A DNA stretch of 64,000 nucleotides. It comes from Klebsormidium nitens. Its lineage: Eukaryota > Plantae > Klebsormidiophyceae. A program made the position numbers and the translations under genes. Below are positions 1-13,361 of this stretch, piece after piece; position 1 is the first letter of the stretch, and every line of letters begins with the position of its first letter. Where the stretch lies: NCBI GenBank assembly GCA_000708835.1, contig DF237042.1:62001-126000 (forward strand), in the 5' to 3' direction. The notes below the pieces were generated by a model. That model ran no database searches. It had not been told where the DNA came from and saw only the letters and a program-made list of their open reading frames with translations.

Positions 1-1
1 G

Positions 2-112
2 CAAGCGAAGGGGGAGCAAGTGAACCAGGAAGCCAAGGGGGCCGCCAAGAGCGCGGGTGATTATGCGCAAGGAATGAAGGAGACCGTGGTGGGGCCGAAG
101 ACCACTTACTAG
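2..112 (+). CDS. 3' end of an LEA-like (group 3-type) hydrophilic protein, partial
   Basis: Frame 2 reads QAKGEQVNQEAKGAAKSAGDYAQGMKETVVGPKTTY* (TAG 110-112). The A/K/E/Q/G-rich composition is typical of LEA_4-like repeats. The 5' part lies outside the window. Confidence 0.5.
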   Translation, partial: QAKGEQVNQEAKGAAKSAGDYAQGMKETVVGPKTTY

Positions 113-132
113 GTACAGCAGATTCGCTTTCT

Positions 133-165
133 GCATCTAGCTGTGTAGCATCTAGCTGTGTAGCA
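133..165 (+). repeat. 15-bp direct tandem duplication (GCATCTAGCTGTGTA x2 + GCA) in the 3' UTR
   Basis: Read directly: 133-147 = 148-162. Confidence 0.9.
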
Positions 166-1402
166 AGGCCGAAGGATGATAGGGAACTTATGCTTACACG
201 CTGCTGCTTGAGGTTCCATGCAGGAAGCTCAGAGACGATAACGCAATACTTGTGTATATCCATGATGTGTGGAACGTAAACTGAGGTAAATTGTGGGAAT
301 ACTGACATTGTTAAGAAAGTCTTAATCTGAAAGTCTAGGTTGTTCAGTGGTGCCGAACAGTCTGATTGTGGAAAAACAGGCAATTTCTTGCTTAATGATT
401 CTGTTAACAAATGTGGGAGTCAATGCAAGGTTGAGATCTAAGTTGGGGGCTTAGCCTGTACGTAAAGTAGACTCACTGGACTATAGCGATATTGCAGCTT
501 GCCTTCTGCGAGACACAAAGCGACTTGATTCACAGAAGCTATGCTAGCTTTATTGACAACCGTCCTCGACGAAAAGCCTAACAATCGCTCCTTCCTGAAT
601 TTTTCTGCATATTCCACAATCACATGAATGGTCTGTATATCAGACCACGATGACTCTCTATCATGAAACCAAGCTTCGGAATATGTGAAGCTGCCATATC
701 CTAAACTTCCCTAAACAATCGAATCAAAAGGATCCATCAATACCTGAGAATTTATGGCAATCATTCACAAACACGAGCGGGGCTAGCCGCTCCATCTTTC
801 TCCGCATTATTATGTCCATGCGGCAAGTTCCTCAATCGTCAACATGTCAATACTATTAGTCATCAGATTGCATAAGAAAAATGCATCAGCTGGCCGCCCA
901 TCATGCATGCCATAAACCGCTTCAGTGATATGATCAAAAGAAACCGTCGAAAGTTATGCTGGTCATGTGGGGATTTGAGCACATTATTCCAATCAAGCGT
1001 TCGAACGTCTTTTCACCGTATCGGATGTGCGCCGCACGGTCGAACGTCCTTCACATGGATCAACTGATCGATCCGAGTTCCTTGACATCCAATAATGCTT
1101 GAAGTAGAAATTAAAATGTGTCCCAGCGCGGCTACAAACGTGACCGTTAGTCACATGTTTCGACGCAATTGCGTGATTGCATTTGCAATGCGTGATCGAC
1201 TTCGAAGCTCCAGTGCCCGATGCAAGACCGCTTCTCCATCTGACCGCGTCAGTACTTCGGTTACTTACAAGTACATAAACTACATCAAGTCCTTCTATAT
1301 AGAGAACTGCATGACGTCGCGCCCCTCTATGTACCTCACGTGCAAAGAAACCAAAGCTTGTACCGTCAGGCACGCTCTCTATAATGTATACTGCACCATA
1401 AG

Positions 1403-4070
1403 TTAGAAACGAGAGCCCGGCTGCTTCAGGAAGTCAAGTTCTTCCGAAGTACTTTTCCGCCCCAATATTTGATTCCGGTGCGGAAACCTGCCAAATCGGA
1501 GAATGACTTCTCTGTGCTTCACAGCAAACTCATGGAACCCGTCACAGAGCTCGGCAACGTCGGCGGGAGCTGCCGACTTCAGGTCCACGAAAAGCTGGCA
1601 GGCGCGGTCTTGATCCTCCAAGTCTGACGAGAAACGAAGAGGCGTGTTTAACGAAATAAGTTGGTGGTACCGCCATCAAAAAGAGCGACAAATCTAGCAG
1701 AAGGACAGTGGCTGTCTGAGAGCCTGCGAGCTGGCAAGACATGAAGAAAGTGGACTTCTTTTTGGGACACGAGACACGACGAGTGCACTCCAAAGGGCAC
1801 AGGCAACTGGACCCGGATTCTACCAAAGTAGGCATCAGATCATGGGTTCAAAATGCATGACAAAAGAAAAGCATGTCCGCACGTCAGACCCTCTTGCCCA
1901 CAAAGAGAGCGCAGCCGGAGGTGTTGCATGGTAGATTCGACAAAGTGCCACCCCACCTTCCGAGTGCTCGAAGGGCATGTAGAAGAACGAGCGCTCCAGG
2001 CAGCCGAACTTTTGATCGAAGCCTCGCTCAATGGCCCTGCACCGCACTAATGCACGGATTGCCTTAAGTCCGATTAAGTTGCCGCTCTAGTTGCTGCAAA
2101 ATCATCCACGCCCGAGTGCTCCCGAAGCATAGCCCGAGGCGAAGTTGCCTACCTTTCTACCAAACGACTTTCCGCAGTCGCAATTCTGCTGAAGAACAAG
2201 GCAGATAAGGCCTGATAGATTGCAGGGCAGGATTCCAACGGCTTACCTTTTGGCAATCCTGAGAGCCTGAGCGTCCTGAACAAATTACAGAAAAGAGTGT
2301 CACATGGACGTATGGCGATACGGCGTGACCAAGGAGAAACTCTGAGCAGTTCATTATGCAAGGGAACAGAATGTGGTCAGCGGTTGTCGGGCACGTCCTT
2401 TGGTTTCGTCGTTTGACGTGCGAACAGAAGGACTCTGAGGCAAGCGCCACTACTAGTAAGAATCTGAATGCTCACAATAAGGAGAACCGAGCTGGGGAGA
2501 TGAATGTGCCCAGCGATACTAGAGAAGGGCAACCAGACCAGTAGTTTGATTATGGAGCAAAGGGAAACAATTCTGCACCTTAGAGGAATACACGCACGGG
2601 TCGAACTATGTGCGCGAGAGACGTTGTCAAGGGCAAATGCGATCATAGTCGCAGCTGCGAGCAAATTCGTATCCAAACAAACTCGTTCTTGACAAAGCCG
2701 ACTTCAACCTCATACAAATCTTCGATTGAAAACATTGTGAGTAGAGCAAGCAGAGTGCGGAATCCGAACGAGAAAGCTGAGCCCACCTGAGCAAACGCTT
2801 GCGGCGTGTCCCGATAGACATTGCGGCTAAACTGGTCGAGAAGGATCACCAAGGCCAGGTTGCTGGCTGGCTCCTCCTCCCAAGACGCAAACTCCCCCCT
2901 CGCCGCCCGTTCGATCAGCGGTCCAAACTTGTTTTCGCACAGCTTGTCAAAGTCCAGGTCCTTCCTGAACCAGCGCTGGGTCATTTTCTTTGGTGGGGGA
3001 CCCTGAAAAGAGAAAAACAACACATTCATTCTCCAACTGCTATCTTCGATGTTAGGGAATCAAGTGGATCTTTGGCAGGACAATCCCGGGACACCATGGT
3101 GGTGGGGCATCTACATTGAACCTGATTGCCAACTTGCTGGAAAGAGTGACCAGATTCATTTCCTTCGTACATCCAACTTGGAAGCCCCACACGCATGGAC
3201 GTGCTCGCTGACGGCGCTGTTTCCAGTTCGAATTCAATCCTTGAAAATCATTGAAACTGCCACAACCCGGCGACTTCTCGTCAAGAGTAGCAATGGCAGG
3301 TCACGTACCATATGGTGCAGACGGACTGCTAGGTTACAAATCTTGAACTTTCTCGGTGGCGTTCGAAGCCAGCTTGTGTATGCAAGGACAATAGCTCCTG
3401 CGGAACAACTACAAATGCAACTTTTCCCTCAGAAACAGACAGCCAATCCGCACAACTAGAACAGAGACAGCTTCACTCCAGTTGATGCAGAAAATCCCTG
3501 AAGCAGACAATGGGAGGACACACTTGACTTCGGATTCCCACTTACTTTTGTTAGGTCGCTGGCGCCGAACCAGAATGCTAGGATCTCGTCAACTGCAACT
3601 TCTTCCTGCGCCGGTGCTGCCGTCTCTGCCACGTCGCTGCCATGCGATGTTGACTGAGCCCCAAAGCTGTGTACCTTTCGCAATAAAGGTGGCGCCGCAT
3701 CCAAATGCAAACTTCTGCTGCAATCTATTCTGCAAGCTCTTTCCGTCTTTCCAGTGAGCCCTGTATTTAGCCCCACACTTCTGGCCAATGTTGCAACCGG
3801 AAAGGAGGAGCTTGGCACAGACTGGCTGAGAGCCAGTGGCAGAGAATTTTCCCAGGAAGCTTTTTTTGAGCCAGTTTTCTTTCTTTCCTTGTCAAGCGCT
3901 GGCTTTTGCACCCTGTAAAACTCCGAAGCCAATGCTCGATGTTGAAGACCTTGTGATCCCCGCTGCCAACTGCCAGCGTGGTTTGCCGAGATTGGCCTTT
4001 CCGTTCCAATAAGCGTGCAAACACTAGCTGCCAGATGCTGTCTTCTATGAAGATCTTTACGGTTTTGCAT
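1403..4070 (-). CDS. DUF924-family protein with a long N-terminal (organelle transit-like) extension
   Basis: Exons 4070-3546, 3002-2787, 2275-2247 (29-nt microexon DAQALRIAK), 2036-1957 and 1623-1403 splice in frame via GT-AG. Family motifs: VDEILAFWFG, WF..D..FD, LALVILLDQFSRNVYRDTPQAF, FFYMPFEHSEDLEDQ, HREVILRFGRFPHRNQILGRKST.EE..FL. The start codon is uncertain. Confidence 0.88.
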
Positions 4071-5123
4071 ATGCCTAATCGTCCCGCATACTGCGTTCAC
4101 GAATCTGCACGTTGTATTGGACGCCAATCCCAGCATCTTCGCAATTGGGCATCCAGCAGCTTTTAAATTTGAGCTGGCTGCGGCGCACTGTGCTTCACAT
4201 TTCCCGTGTTTAGAGATAAAAGCTCCAAATTAAGCAAGTCAAAGTTAGTGACTACATCAAGAGATTCACTCCCGCTGATTTCACAAACGAAAGCAGTTCC
4301 TCTCCAACGAGATGACAGGATTGCTTCAATCAGATTTGTCAAGACAAGGGGAATGGCTGCATCATTTGCTCACACTGTCAACAGGGCCAGGCGCAGGCCC
4401 AGGGCCAGGGCCCGCCTAATTCTCAGTCACTGCAGTGCAGTTGCCGCCATGACGAGCTCATAAGCTATGCGCTCGCGCTGGAGGAGATCTTCCGCAGCCA
4501 ATTATAGCAGCTTCGCACGAGTTGGGCACGTCACCCCAATGACGTACCTCCTCCTCCAGAATCTAAATTCCTCGACATGTTCAGTTTCCCGTATATGCCG
4601 CGGATAGTTATCCTGCCCCGGCAAATATCTGCCGCGATCCGGTCACTGCAGGATCTGAATCACCCGCGGTAACGAAGCTGTTTGGGGGCCCGGTCCAGCG
4701 AACCGGTGGCACACGTACAGGAATCCATCTGGAATCCACGTCAAAGTCGGAAAGGTACGCCTCTCTCGAAGAGGAATCTCCGGTTTGATAGAGCCCGCCG
4801 CGCGGCAGCGGCACGTACTGGGCTCGGCATAAGTCAAATTCAATCCGCTCAGCTCAGCTTGAACTATAAGTTGTAAGTTAGAAACACACTGTTCCTGAAC
4901 AGTGGAAGGAGGTTGAGAGGTCCTCTGTTTGAAAGGCTGTGCTGCTCTCATTTGATCGGCAGGCTCCGAAGGCCACCGAGGCGGCGGCTCTTTTCCAGCT
5001 TTTAGGGCATCGGAGGGGCGAATGTGAAGTTGCGGAAAAGGAAAGAAAATGGGAGTGTTGGAGTTGCGAGCAAACGGAGGCGTTGCACCTGAAATTGCAG
5101 GAACCAGCACGCAGGAACAGGGC
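4071..5123. promoter_or_regulatory. Divergent (head-to-head) promoter region between DUF924 and the RCC1 gene, with clustered GGCCC/TGGGCC site-II-like motifs at ~4383-4414
   Basis: Flanking start codons point outward. CAGGGCCAGGCGCAGGCCCAGGGCCAGGGCCCG is seen directly. The site II (TCP) assignment is an inference from plant promoters. Confidence 0.5.
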
Positions 5124-8100
5124 ATGGAGGCTCCCAAGGCTTTTGCCTGGTAATGGTTCTTGCCCAAGTTCTGGTTGCTGGTGCTTATAATCAATCTTTT
5201 ACGACTGTCATGGGTTGAAGAATCACAAGGACTATTTATGCTTACCGGCCTTGCATTTGGCATTATGTTAGGCGTTTTCGAGAGTCTGTAAACTTGAAAG
5301 GGGTGCGAAGTTGCCGCGCTGCTCTTTGAAAGCGGACAGGCATGGGCGATCATTGCCTTGGTTTGCGTTGGTTGCGTGTTGCCTTTCCAGGACTTGGTCC
5401 TTCATCAATCAACGTGCTTCGTGCTAGATGCGTTGTAAGTCAAGATCCATGTGACTTGTCTGTGTGTGGTAGACATCATGATGCTAGTTGAGCAACTTCG
5501 TCAGCTTGGTGTGCAAGGGTCTCAGCAGAACCCTATGCTAGATGCAGTTCTGAGCTACTTTGTCCATCCTAGAAGCTGGAATCATTCCCTTCTGCAGTTG
5601 CCGTCACCTCCTGCAATGATTTTTGTGATTCCAGTTACTGTTGTTGTTCGGTCTAATAGCTGCTACAATGACCAAAGAGTTTGAACCCAGAGGAGTGCCC
5701 GCTTTGTGTTTCTTCGTGCTTTTCATTTTGACCAAGCGGATCGCTGTAAAATAGCGTGCTGCTGGGCTACTTTGATTCCACCATTTTTCTTCGCGCATTT
5801 CTTATTTCAGCAATAAATTTGGACAGGCCACCAGGATTGCTGTTGCACAATTTGCGGGGCTCTTGATGCCCCCTAACATTTGGCTCCGCTTGCGCTCCTG
5901 CCAGCGGTTGTTTCGTGCATCTTCGGAATGCAAGCAATATTATTGTCAGTCACCATGTTCAGCATCCTAATGCAATCAACCCTTCACTGGGAGCTTTCCT
6001 TTCGCCTCTCTTGCTGCGGATGGCCTGGGACATTGTTACCTTATGCAGGGAAGCCGGTGAGAAGTGATTGCCTGGGCGCACCTTTTGTTGCAACTTTCAT
6101 TCTGGTTCTTCCAGCTAGAAGTGAGCTCAAATTGGAAAAGCTGCTTTTCCAGGGGCGTTGGTGAGGACGGGCAACTAGGGCAGGGCACCCTCGAGGACGA
6201 GCACTGGCCCACTCCCGTCAGCCCACTGGATGGCTTGGAGCTGGAGCAACTAGTAGCGGGCAGCCGCAACTCCCTGGCAATCACAAAGCAGGGGCGAGTG
6301 TACACTTGGGGCTGGAACCAACGGGGCACATTAGGGTTTGCTGGAGAGAACAAGGCGGAGAGTGAACCGCAGGAGCTGACAGGGCTGGCGGGGAAGAAGA
6401 TTGTGCAGGTGAGAGCCTGGGAGGGCAAAGAGGGCGGTGCTGTGGGGTTGTAGTGGCCTTATTGTAGAAAGGCGTTCTTGATTGCAAGCAGCTTTGGTTG
6501 AGGGATAGCAAGTGGCCGCAGACTCAGATTTTTAAGGCTTGATTTGGTTGAGCTGTGAGCTTCTGGCACGGATATAAGTTGGCGCTTCACTCCAGGGAAG
6601 TGTTTCAATCATGCATTTATCGGCGCAGTATCAAAGATGGTCAATCAACTGAGAGAACAGATCTCTTACCTCAGGGCAATTGAGGTCGGGCACTTCTGTG
6701 CTCGCCTCATCCAACCGTGTTGCAGGATCTGCTGCTAACTCATTCCCGAGTTTGCCGTTGCCCCTTGCATCGTTCCCTGTCAATTGTTCACACCATTGGT
6801 TCCTTTCCAGGCCACAATTGGGGGCTGGCACTGCCTTGCCGTGGATGACACTGGCCAAGCTTACTGCTGGGGTGGGAACGAGTACGGTCAATGCGGGCTC
6901 CCCGTTGAGAAGCTGTATGTTGGGAGCCGGTTTGTGAAGAAGGACATTGCGCCCCCCCGGCCGTGCGCCGCAGGGCTCAAAGTGAGGACGGTGTCAGCGG
7001 GAGGAATGCATTCGCTGATACTGACCATGGAGGGGGAGGTCTGGACGTGGGGGCAGCCACTGGTGGCGACGGGCTAGTGAGTGTGCGCCGGCCTTTTGGA
7101 GTCTGAACGATGAAATGGGCTGTAATGCCTGGAAAAAGGGCATCGTTCGGCTTAAAGTGGGAGAGCTGCCTTGAAGTTTCTTGAGAGGGGCGCGATTTTG
7201 ATGCCATAGGCCAGCAGCTTTTGCACAAGTTGGTCCTGACGGATGAGTGCGCATCTGAAGCAAGGTCCCTGTAACATTGTTCGTTTGCATGATCAAAGTT
7301 GCAGCAAAGCTTCAATCAATCAGTGACACCGAGGCTCCTTCTTTCGATGGGGACCTTGTAAGATCGTTGTGTCCTTTGTTGATCGGAGGGCTTCACTTGC
7401 AGATTCTTGAAATTGGATAGATTCTTTGTTGAGGTGGGTAGATCTTGAAGGTTGTCTCTACAACCAAGGCCAACAAACTTGTAAGCATCCTGGTGCCCTT
7501 TTATTCTTCCAGAACGTTTGCAGCGTGCTTTCAACTTCTATTGTTTGTTTTCTGTTTTCTGTGGGTTTGGTTTCGGAGTGACCCCTTACAAAGAATTTCT
7601 ACGTTCCTTCAAAGAACAACGGTTCGATTTCAGTTTGCGGCAACATTTCTCCTACGCTCCATCAGAGCAACATTGATTGAGTAACTAACGAGTGCTTCCC
7701 CCTGTCGCCATGCAGTTTTGATGTTTGGAAGCCCCACAAAGTGATCGGCGTACCGCACGCCGTCTCGGCTGTCGCGGGCGCTTTCCACAACCTGGCGCTG
7801 ACGTCAGCGGGCGAGGTGCTGGCCTGGGGAAATGGCGGGTACGGCCAACTGGGCCAGGGGGACACGCACAACCGGCCAAACCCGTCGGTGGTGCAAGGGT
7901 TGAAGGGGCTGCGGATCTGCCAGTTGGCAGCGGGGGGGTGGCACTCAGCCGCGTTGACGGAGGATGGACAGGTAGGCTACTAGGAATCTCAATAGGGCTT
8001 TGTGGGTCAATGTTCAAAGTCGTCTGCTTGACACCGGACCTATCGAATGTGGCAGGCGCTCGAGAACGAAAATTTCAAGAATTGGCTCGGAGACAAAAGG

Positions 8101-10332
8101 TAGTTCACAGTGCCTGTTAATGACATTTTGGGTCGTTGGGGAATCATGTTTCAGAGGTGTTATCATACAAAGCTCTCGAGAGTTCTAGCTCGGTGCCCAC
8201 TGCATCCCGGCCGCATATAGATAGGAACAAGACGTTTCCAGAGTTGATTCTGCGTCAACTATTAACCAATTGCTTCCGTTGCGCCAATTGCTCGCCTTCA
8301 TCCCGGACCTTTGTGACCTTCGTGTGATCCCAGACTTTGCTCTGGGGAACATAGAACGTGGAAGAGAACCTCTTCGAAGGGCGTTGAAGTCCACAGTGGG
8401 AAAGAAGTCCGAAAGAACCTCTCAAAGGTGCTGAGCAAAGCTTTTTTCCATGCCAGCTGTACATGTGGGGCCGGGGCGAGCACGGGCGGTTAGGCCTGGG
8501 CACAGACAACAAGGACAAGCTGCAGCCGATGCGCGTGGAGCCGCTGGCTGGGGAGCACGTCAGACACGTCTCCTGCGGAGGGTCCCATTCGGCAGCACTC
8601 ACTAAGGATGGCCGCCTCTATGTGGTAAGAGCACAAGAGAGTTCGCGAGTTTCGGTTCTACCCGGCAGTTCGTGGAGAGTCAAGCTTCTCGTTTCTGCGA
8701 GGGGCCGGAGGCAGCAAGATATTGTATCCCTGTACGCTAGCTCAGCGCTAAGCGATCTTTAATCTCGATAGATAAGAATAAGTCAACAGTTCTACTGCAA
8801 TCCAGTAATGTACTTTGCACGAGTGGCTGAAGAATGGCCTACAAAAGCAGCAGCTCATGTCCTTTCTAACCGTGGTGCTCTTACACGATACGACCGGACT
8901 CGGCGATACTAATGGAAGGTTGATCAAGAACAAAGTTCTCAGACCAAGTTTCGGTAGCTCCGGACGGTGGCAGAAGTTCTGCACTTCTAGTGTAAAACTA
9001 TCTCAACAGATGAGAAATGCTCTGAAACGGCCGTTCCTGTTAAAGGCAGCTTCACGAGTTGTTTCACGTGGCGTCCAGTCGCCGTCATAAAATCGACCCG
9101 TTCATCTTGAAGGCTGCTGACCCTGGTACGACTTGCTGCGTCACGCTCTTTTCCACGTCAGCCGCCAATGGGCGGCCGCTTGCTCTCTTCACTGCCTGCC
9201 CTTACGTCTTTTCCACTTCAATCCGCAGATGGGACGTGGGGAGTTCGGTCGTCTCGGTCACGGCAGCACCAAGACCAGCAACCGGCCGGTTCTCGTCACC
9301 GTCGGGCCAGGGCCCAGAAGTGCGGACAACAGCCCTGACGCACGACGAGTCAGCTTCAGCCGCGTTGCATTTGATGGCACGAACAGCGACTCCGAAAGTG
9401 AGACGCCGCGGCGGCCTGACGACGAGGCGGCGGTACGGCCCTCTGTGAATGGGGAGAGTGTGAACAGGGACGGCAGCTGGGGCGTCGTGGGGGTGACATG
9501 TGGCGGGCGGCACACGCTTGCGCTGGCGCAGCCGGGGTGGCCTAAGAGCATGTTTGAGGGGCCGCTGCAGGGGGCTCAGAAGGCGGGGGAAGCGTGGGCC
9601 GTTGAGGAAGGGAAAGAGGGGGAGGAGGGGAAAGGGCCTGCGGAGAGTAGGGGAGAAGGTGCAGAAGCTGACGGGGAGGGGGAGCCTGCCGGACTTGCGC
9701 CGGATACCGAAAGCGTTGCTGTGGACAGTGACGCACCGCTAACGGGTGACGGGGTACACAGTGCTCCGCAGGAGAGGCACGTGGACCAGAAGACACCGGG
9801 GAGCGCCCCGCTGTTGCAGGAGGCCGATGGGCGGGGCACGCATACCAGTCAGCCGGTGAATGTTCCCGGGCGGACGGCGCACCCCGCGAGCGCCAGCAAC
9901 GAGATCACGCAGAGCGCCCCCGAGGGCTCCGGGGGGATCCCCCGGGAGGACGAGGCCGCAGGGCCGAAGCCTGAGACGTGTGCGCCGGCGTCGACTGTGC
10001 GGACCCAGACCCCGCACAGGGAGCACCGCCAGTCCCCGATGCGCGGGGCCGGCGGCGCGGCGCACCACGGACACCGGACATCGTTCCTGAGCGACGACGA
10101 GGACGGCGACCACGACGTGGATGACGTCAGCAGCTTGGGGTCGCAGCCGGGGGACCGCTCGAGCCCGCTGAGCATTTTGGAGACGCACGACGTGCCGGGG
10201 TGCTTGGAGGCGTGGGTGTGCAACCGGCAGCGGGGCCAGTGGCCCGAGGAGGTGGGGATCAAGGGGAAGCAGCTCAAGGAGGACCTGAAGCTGGCGGGGA
10301 TTATCCCGGAGGACGTCAGCGATGCGGGCTGA
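5124..10332 (+). CDS. RCC1-repeat (UVR8-like beta-propeller) protein with a long acidic/disordered C-terminal tail
   Basis: Exons 5124-5149 (MEAPKAFAW), 6153-6408, 6811-7076, 7716-7971, 8457-8624 and 9229-10332 are all phase-consistent. Repeated RCC1 motifs: WG.GE.GQLG, GG.H..A(L)T..G.V..WG, WGRGEHGRLG. Confidence 0.92.
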
Positions 10333-12089
10333 GTGAATGCTGCGTGTAGAGAGGATCCACGGCCGTGAGAATGGAAAATGCGGGCGTTACGTCGGATGTT
10401 GCCTCTTGCTGGGGCGGTTGGCTGCAAAGACAGTCAAGTTAGGATCTGGTGCGAGTTGACCAGAGCCAGCAGCTTTTGGCCGTTGAGAGTTGTTTGCTCC
10501 TGTTCATTGTAGCGAAGACGGTGTTCATATCAAGTTCGAAGAAGGTGCGCGGAAAAGACGACCTGAGACGTGCGCAGAAGGAGAAGTGCTGATAAACGCA
10601 GGGATTACAACGCCCGGAAGTTGCCATTGTCGAGGCAGAGAAGCAAGTTTCAATTACAGTAATTTTGTCGGAGTGAGACCTCGCACTTGTAGAAACTAAC
10701 CTTGGAGGGAGCTTGGGATGTTTCAGGCAAAGGGAAGGTGGACTGTGGAAGTACATAAGGGAACTTTGACAAGTCTTAACTTTAGGAAAAATGGTGTCAA
10801 GCAGGCCGACTCTGAACAAGTTGTTAGTCACCAGTCCGATCGCAAAGTCCCTCCATTCGGAGGTGAGTTCTGGGTGTCTTGTTCATCTGTGGCGGGCCCT
10901 TTTCTTACATAAGTTCCGTACAAAGTCTGGTTCTGCCCGTGTAAACAGTCGAGCGCTAGCACAGGATTGATAATGAACACTGACCACTGTACACTCCCCG
11001 CCCGTCTCTGAGACTGAGCTCACCTGTAGCCGTTTGTGATACAAGCAGAAACAGGTTTTGTTTCGATCGGGGTTCAAGATAATCTTGGGCCTGACCCAAT
11101 CTTTGAATCATGTGGCCTAGGATCGGAAATACATGTAAGAACCAGCTGGCCAAGACCGTCGGTCAGCTACATTGATCGCGGAAGAATTGTGCAACACGTC
11201 TTCTATTTGAAATGGTATGTTCGGTGCATGGACAGGTTTGCATCATTGACACTGCAATAGCGCCACTGAACGTCGAGTCCAGCTCAGTTGTGTGCCCCCA
11301 TGCAGCGTGAAATATACCGTAGCTAGCCGACCGTCCCAGAAGAAAAGGCGTTTTCTAAAAATGAAATATTTATCATTGATCGAATTGATTGCGATGCAAC
11401 TTGACCGACCGTCCATGATGAGCATTAAGCCGCGCGCCACGCTTGGGTGCGCTGGCACACGGTTCATGCAATAGTTGGTTATTAGTAAGCGTACAGCAAA
11501 TTAACGAGTTCAATCGCCGCAAATAAGATAACTTGTGTCCGACGCCTTAACTCAAAATATATGCCGCCCATGCAGTCAACGAATGCAATGTAGGTCATGT
11601 GGATCATTGTCGAAGGCGATCACTCTTCACAAGTAGCCTAGCTATAGATATAGCTCGTCAGTGATTGCTTGCACTTACGAAAAGTAAGACTGTCGGATCA
11701 TAGGCAGTGCCGCGGCGTGGGCCCGGCCGCAGCCGCGCATGCAACGGCCGGCCGCACTCATGGATGCGGCATCCATCAGTCCATTCAGAACTTAGCTACG
11801 TACAAGCCTCCAAACATTGATGCACTGTTTTATGAGGTCGTAACCGTCAGAATGCAACCACTCAGCAGGCTCTGTTCAGAGCTTCCGCATCTTGCGTGCC
11901 CATTTAGGCCGCTGCAACTATCTAGCCGTCCATCTCAATATCTTAGTACGTCTCAGTAGCTAGTGTTTGAATGTTTTGAGCCCTTTTGTGTAGAAGTCGC
12001 TTTACTTTGTCGTCGGCGGGTCCCGTTTGCATGCAGCTTTGACGGTTGAACGGCTGCTCTTCAGGCTCAGGGGCCGCAGCGGTACTCGA

Positions 12090-12830
12090 GACCATGTGAT
12101 CCAGCTCGTTGAGCACCGGTAACAGAAGCACGTGCCGGCATCCGCGAACGTACACTACTGCGGCACCCCCAAGTTCTTTGCATCACCGCCCTACAATTGA
12201 GAAATCGTGGCGTGCCTACGTGTCTGCCTCCAACTCCTAAACGGCCTGCCCGCTTTCGCCTTAGTGAGTCCTCTTCCTTTCATGTGATGCCCCCGTATTT
12301 GTGGTACGCGAGGCGCCCACAGGGCGTCTCAATTGGTCACAACACAGACGCCATCTACTTCCCCGCAGTTGCCACATGCCAACGCCCCCTCCACGTAGTC
12401 TTGCAGGACCTCGTGCAGAGCCTTCTCTCAAAACCGTCCCGCGCACAGCAGCTGATCCACGTCCTGCTCTGTAAGTCCGCTCTGTAGTCCCGTCGCTAAG
12501 GCGCATGTCAGCTTACTATACCTATACTAAAGAGAAATCACTGGAAGATGTTGGTCAGAGTCGCTTTGGTCGCCAGGACGAGGCACTGAACGCAGTAGAC
12601 GTGTCCGTAGCCGGACGGCGCCCGTTGGTCAGAGGCCCAGCACGTCTCGCACAGGGAACAATCGAACGTGGCGTGCCGCAACCGCAAGCCGGGGGCAGGA
12701 TGACGTCAGCCTTCCAGTCTCAGCTTCTTCGCGGCCTTCCTCTTGCGTCTTTTTGAGAGCTTCTCGCATCGTGGACCACCTCGCTGAAGTCAGCCAGCTG
12801 GATACAAGTTGGGTGCAATTTATCCGCCCG
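12090..12830 (-). pseudogene. Decayed inverted copy of the adjacent RBR (RING-IBR-RING) E3 ligase gene
   Basis: The reverse complement aligns with 13735-14450 (e.g. TGGAAGGCTGACGTCATC, GGACACGTCTACTGCGTTCAGTGCCTCGTC, CAGCTGCTGTGCGCGGGACGGTTT). It has stops (GRF*EKA vs GRFHEKA; VTN*D vs VTHWD), frameshifts and a ~30-bp AT-rich insertion near 12512-12540. Confidence 0.85.
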
Positions 12831-13361
12831 CTGTCTTCCCTAACCTCAGCCTGGGAACTTTCATTGACACTGTTGACATTGATGAAGCGTTGAGGCTAGC
12901 TGGCCTGTTAGCCAGCAAGGCGCGAACAGGCCAGCTGCGGTCTTGAACAGACATACACCGGGTGCGGCACGAGATTTGATCGAGTCTATTCGCTTTCTTG
13001 TATGCGGCAGAGAGGAATACTAAGGGCTCGCTCCGACATGGGGCGCTCCAACGTCGCGAATTCGTACCTCGTAGGGCGTCACCCTTTCTAGTATTGCAGA
13101 GGCAGTTTGCGCACCCTTTTTCAAATGTGCTCCGCCAAGATGCGCTGAAGTAAAGAGCTCAGTGGAATGCATATCCGCTCAGCAGGATAGTGACAAGCGC
13201 GTGCGCGGGCGGCCGCTCAACGCGCCGGCCGGGGCCGGCGTTGGCAGCAGTGGGAGCGATAAGTTGGCGCGGGTTCGAGGGGATTTCGCTAGCAAAGTGA
13301 GCCCGGCCAAAGTCAGCGTTGCGCGCGGCCGCGGCCCGCTTCAAAGCTTTTAGGCAGGGCA

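Noticed and set aside
4602-4633. GGATA-GT-TATCC inverted repeat and AAATATCT evening-element core in the divergent promoter
   Set aside because: These are short motifs with no independent support and cannot be distinguished from chance.
10780-11160. Isolated donor-like sites and short ORFs downstream of the RCC1 gene
   Set aside because: No consistent multi-exon reading frame could be assembled; more likely UTR or non-coding sequence.
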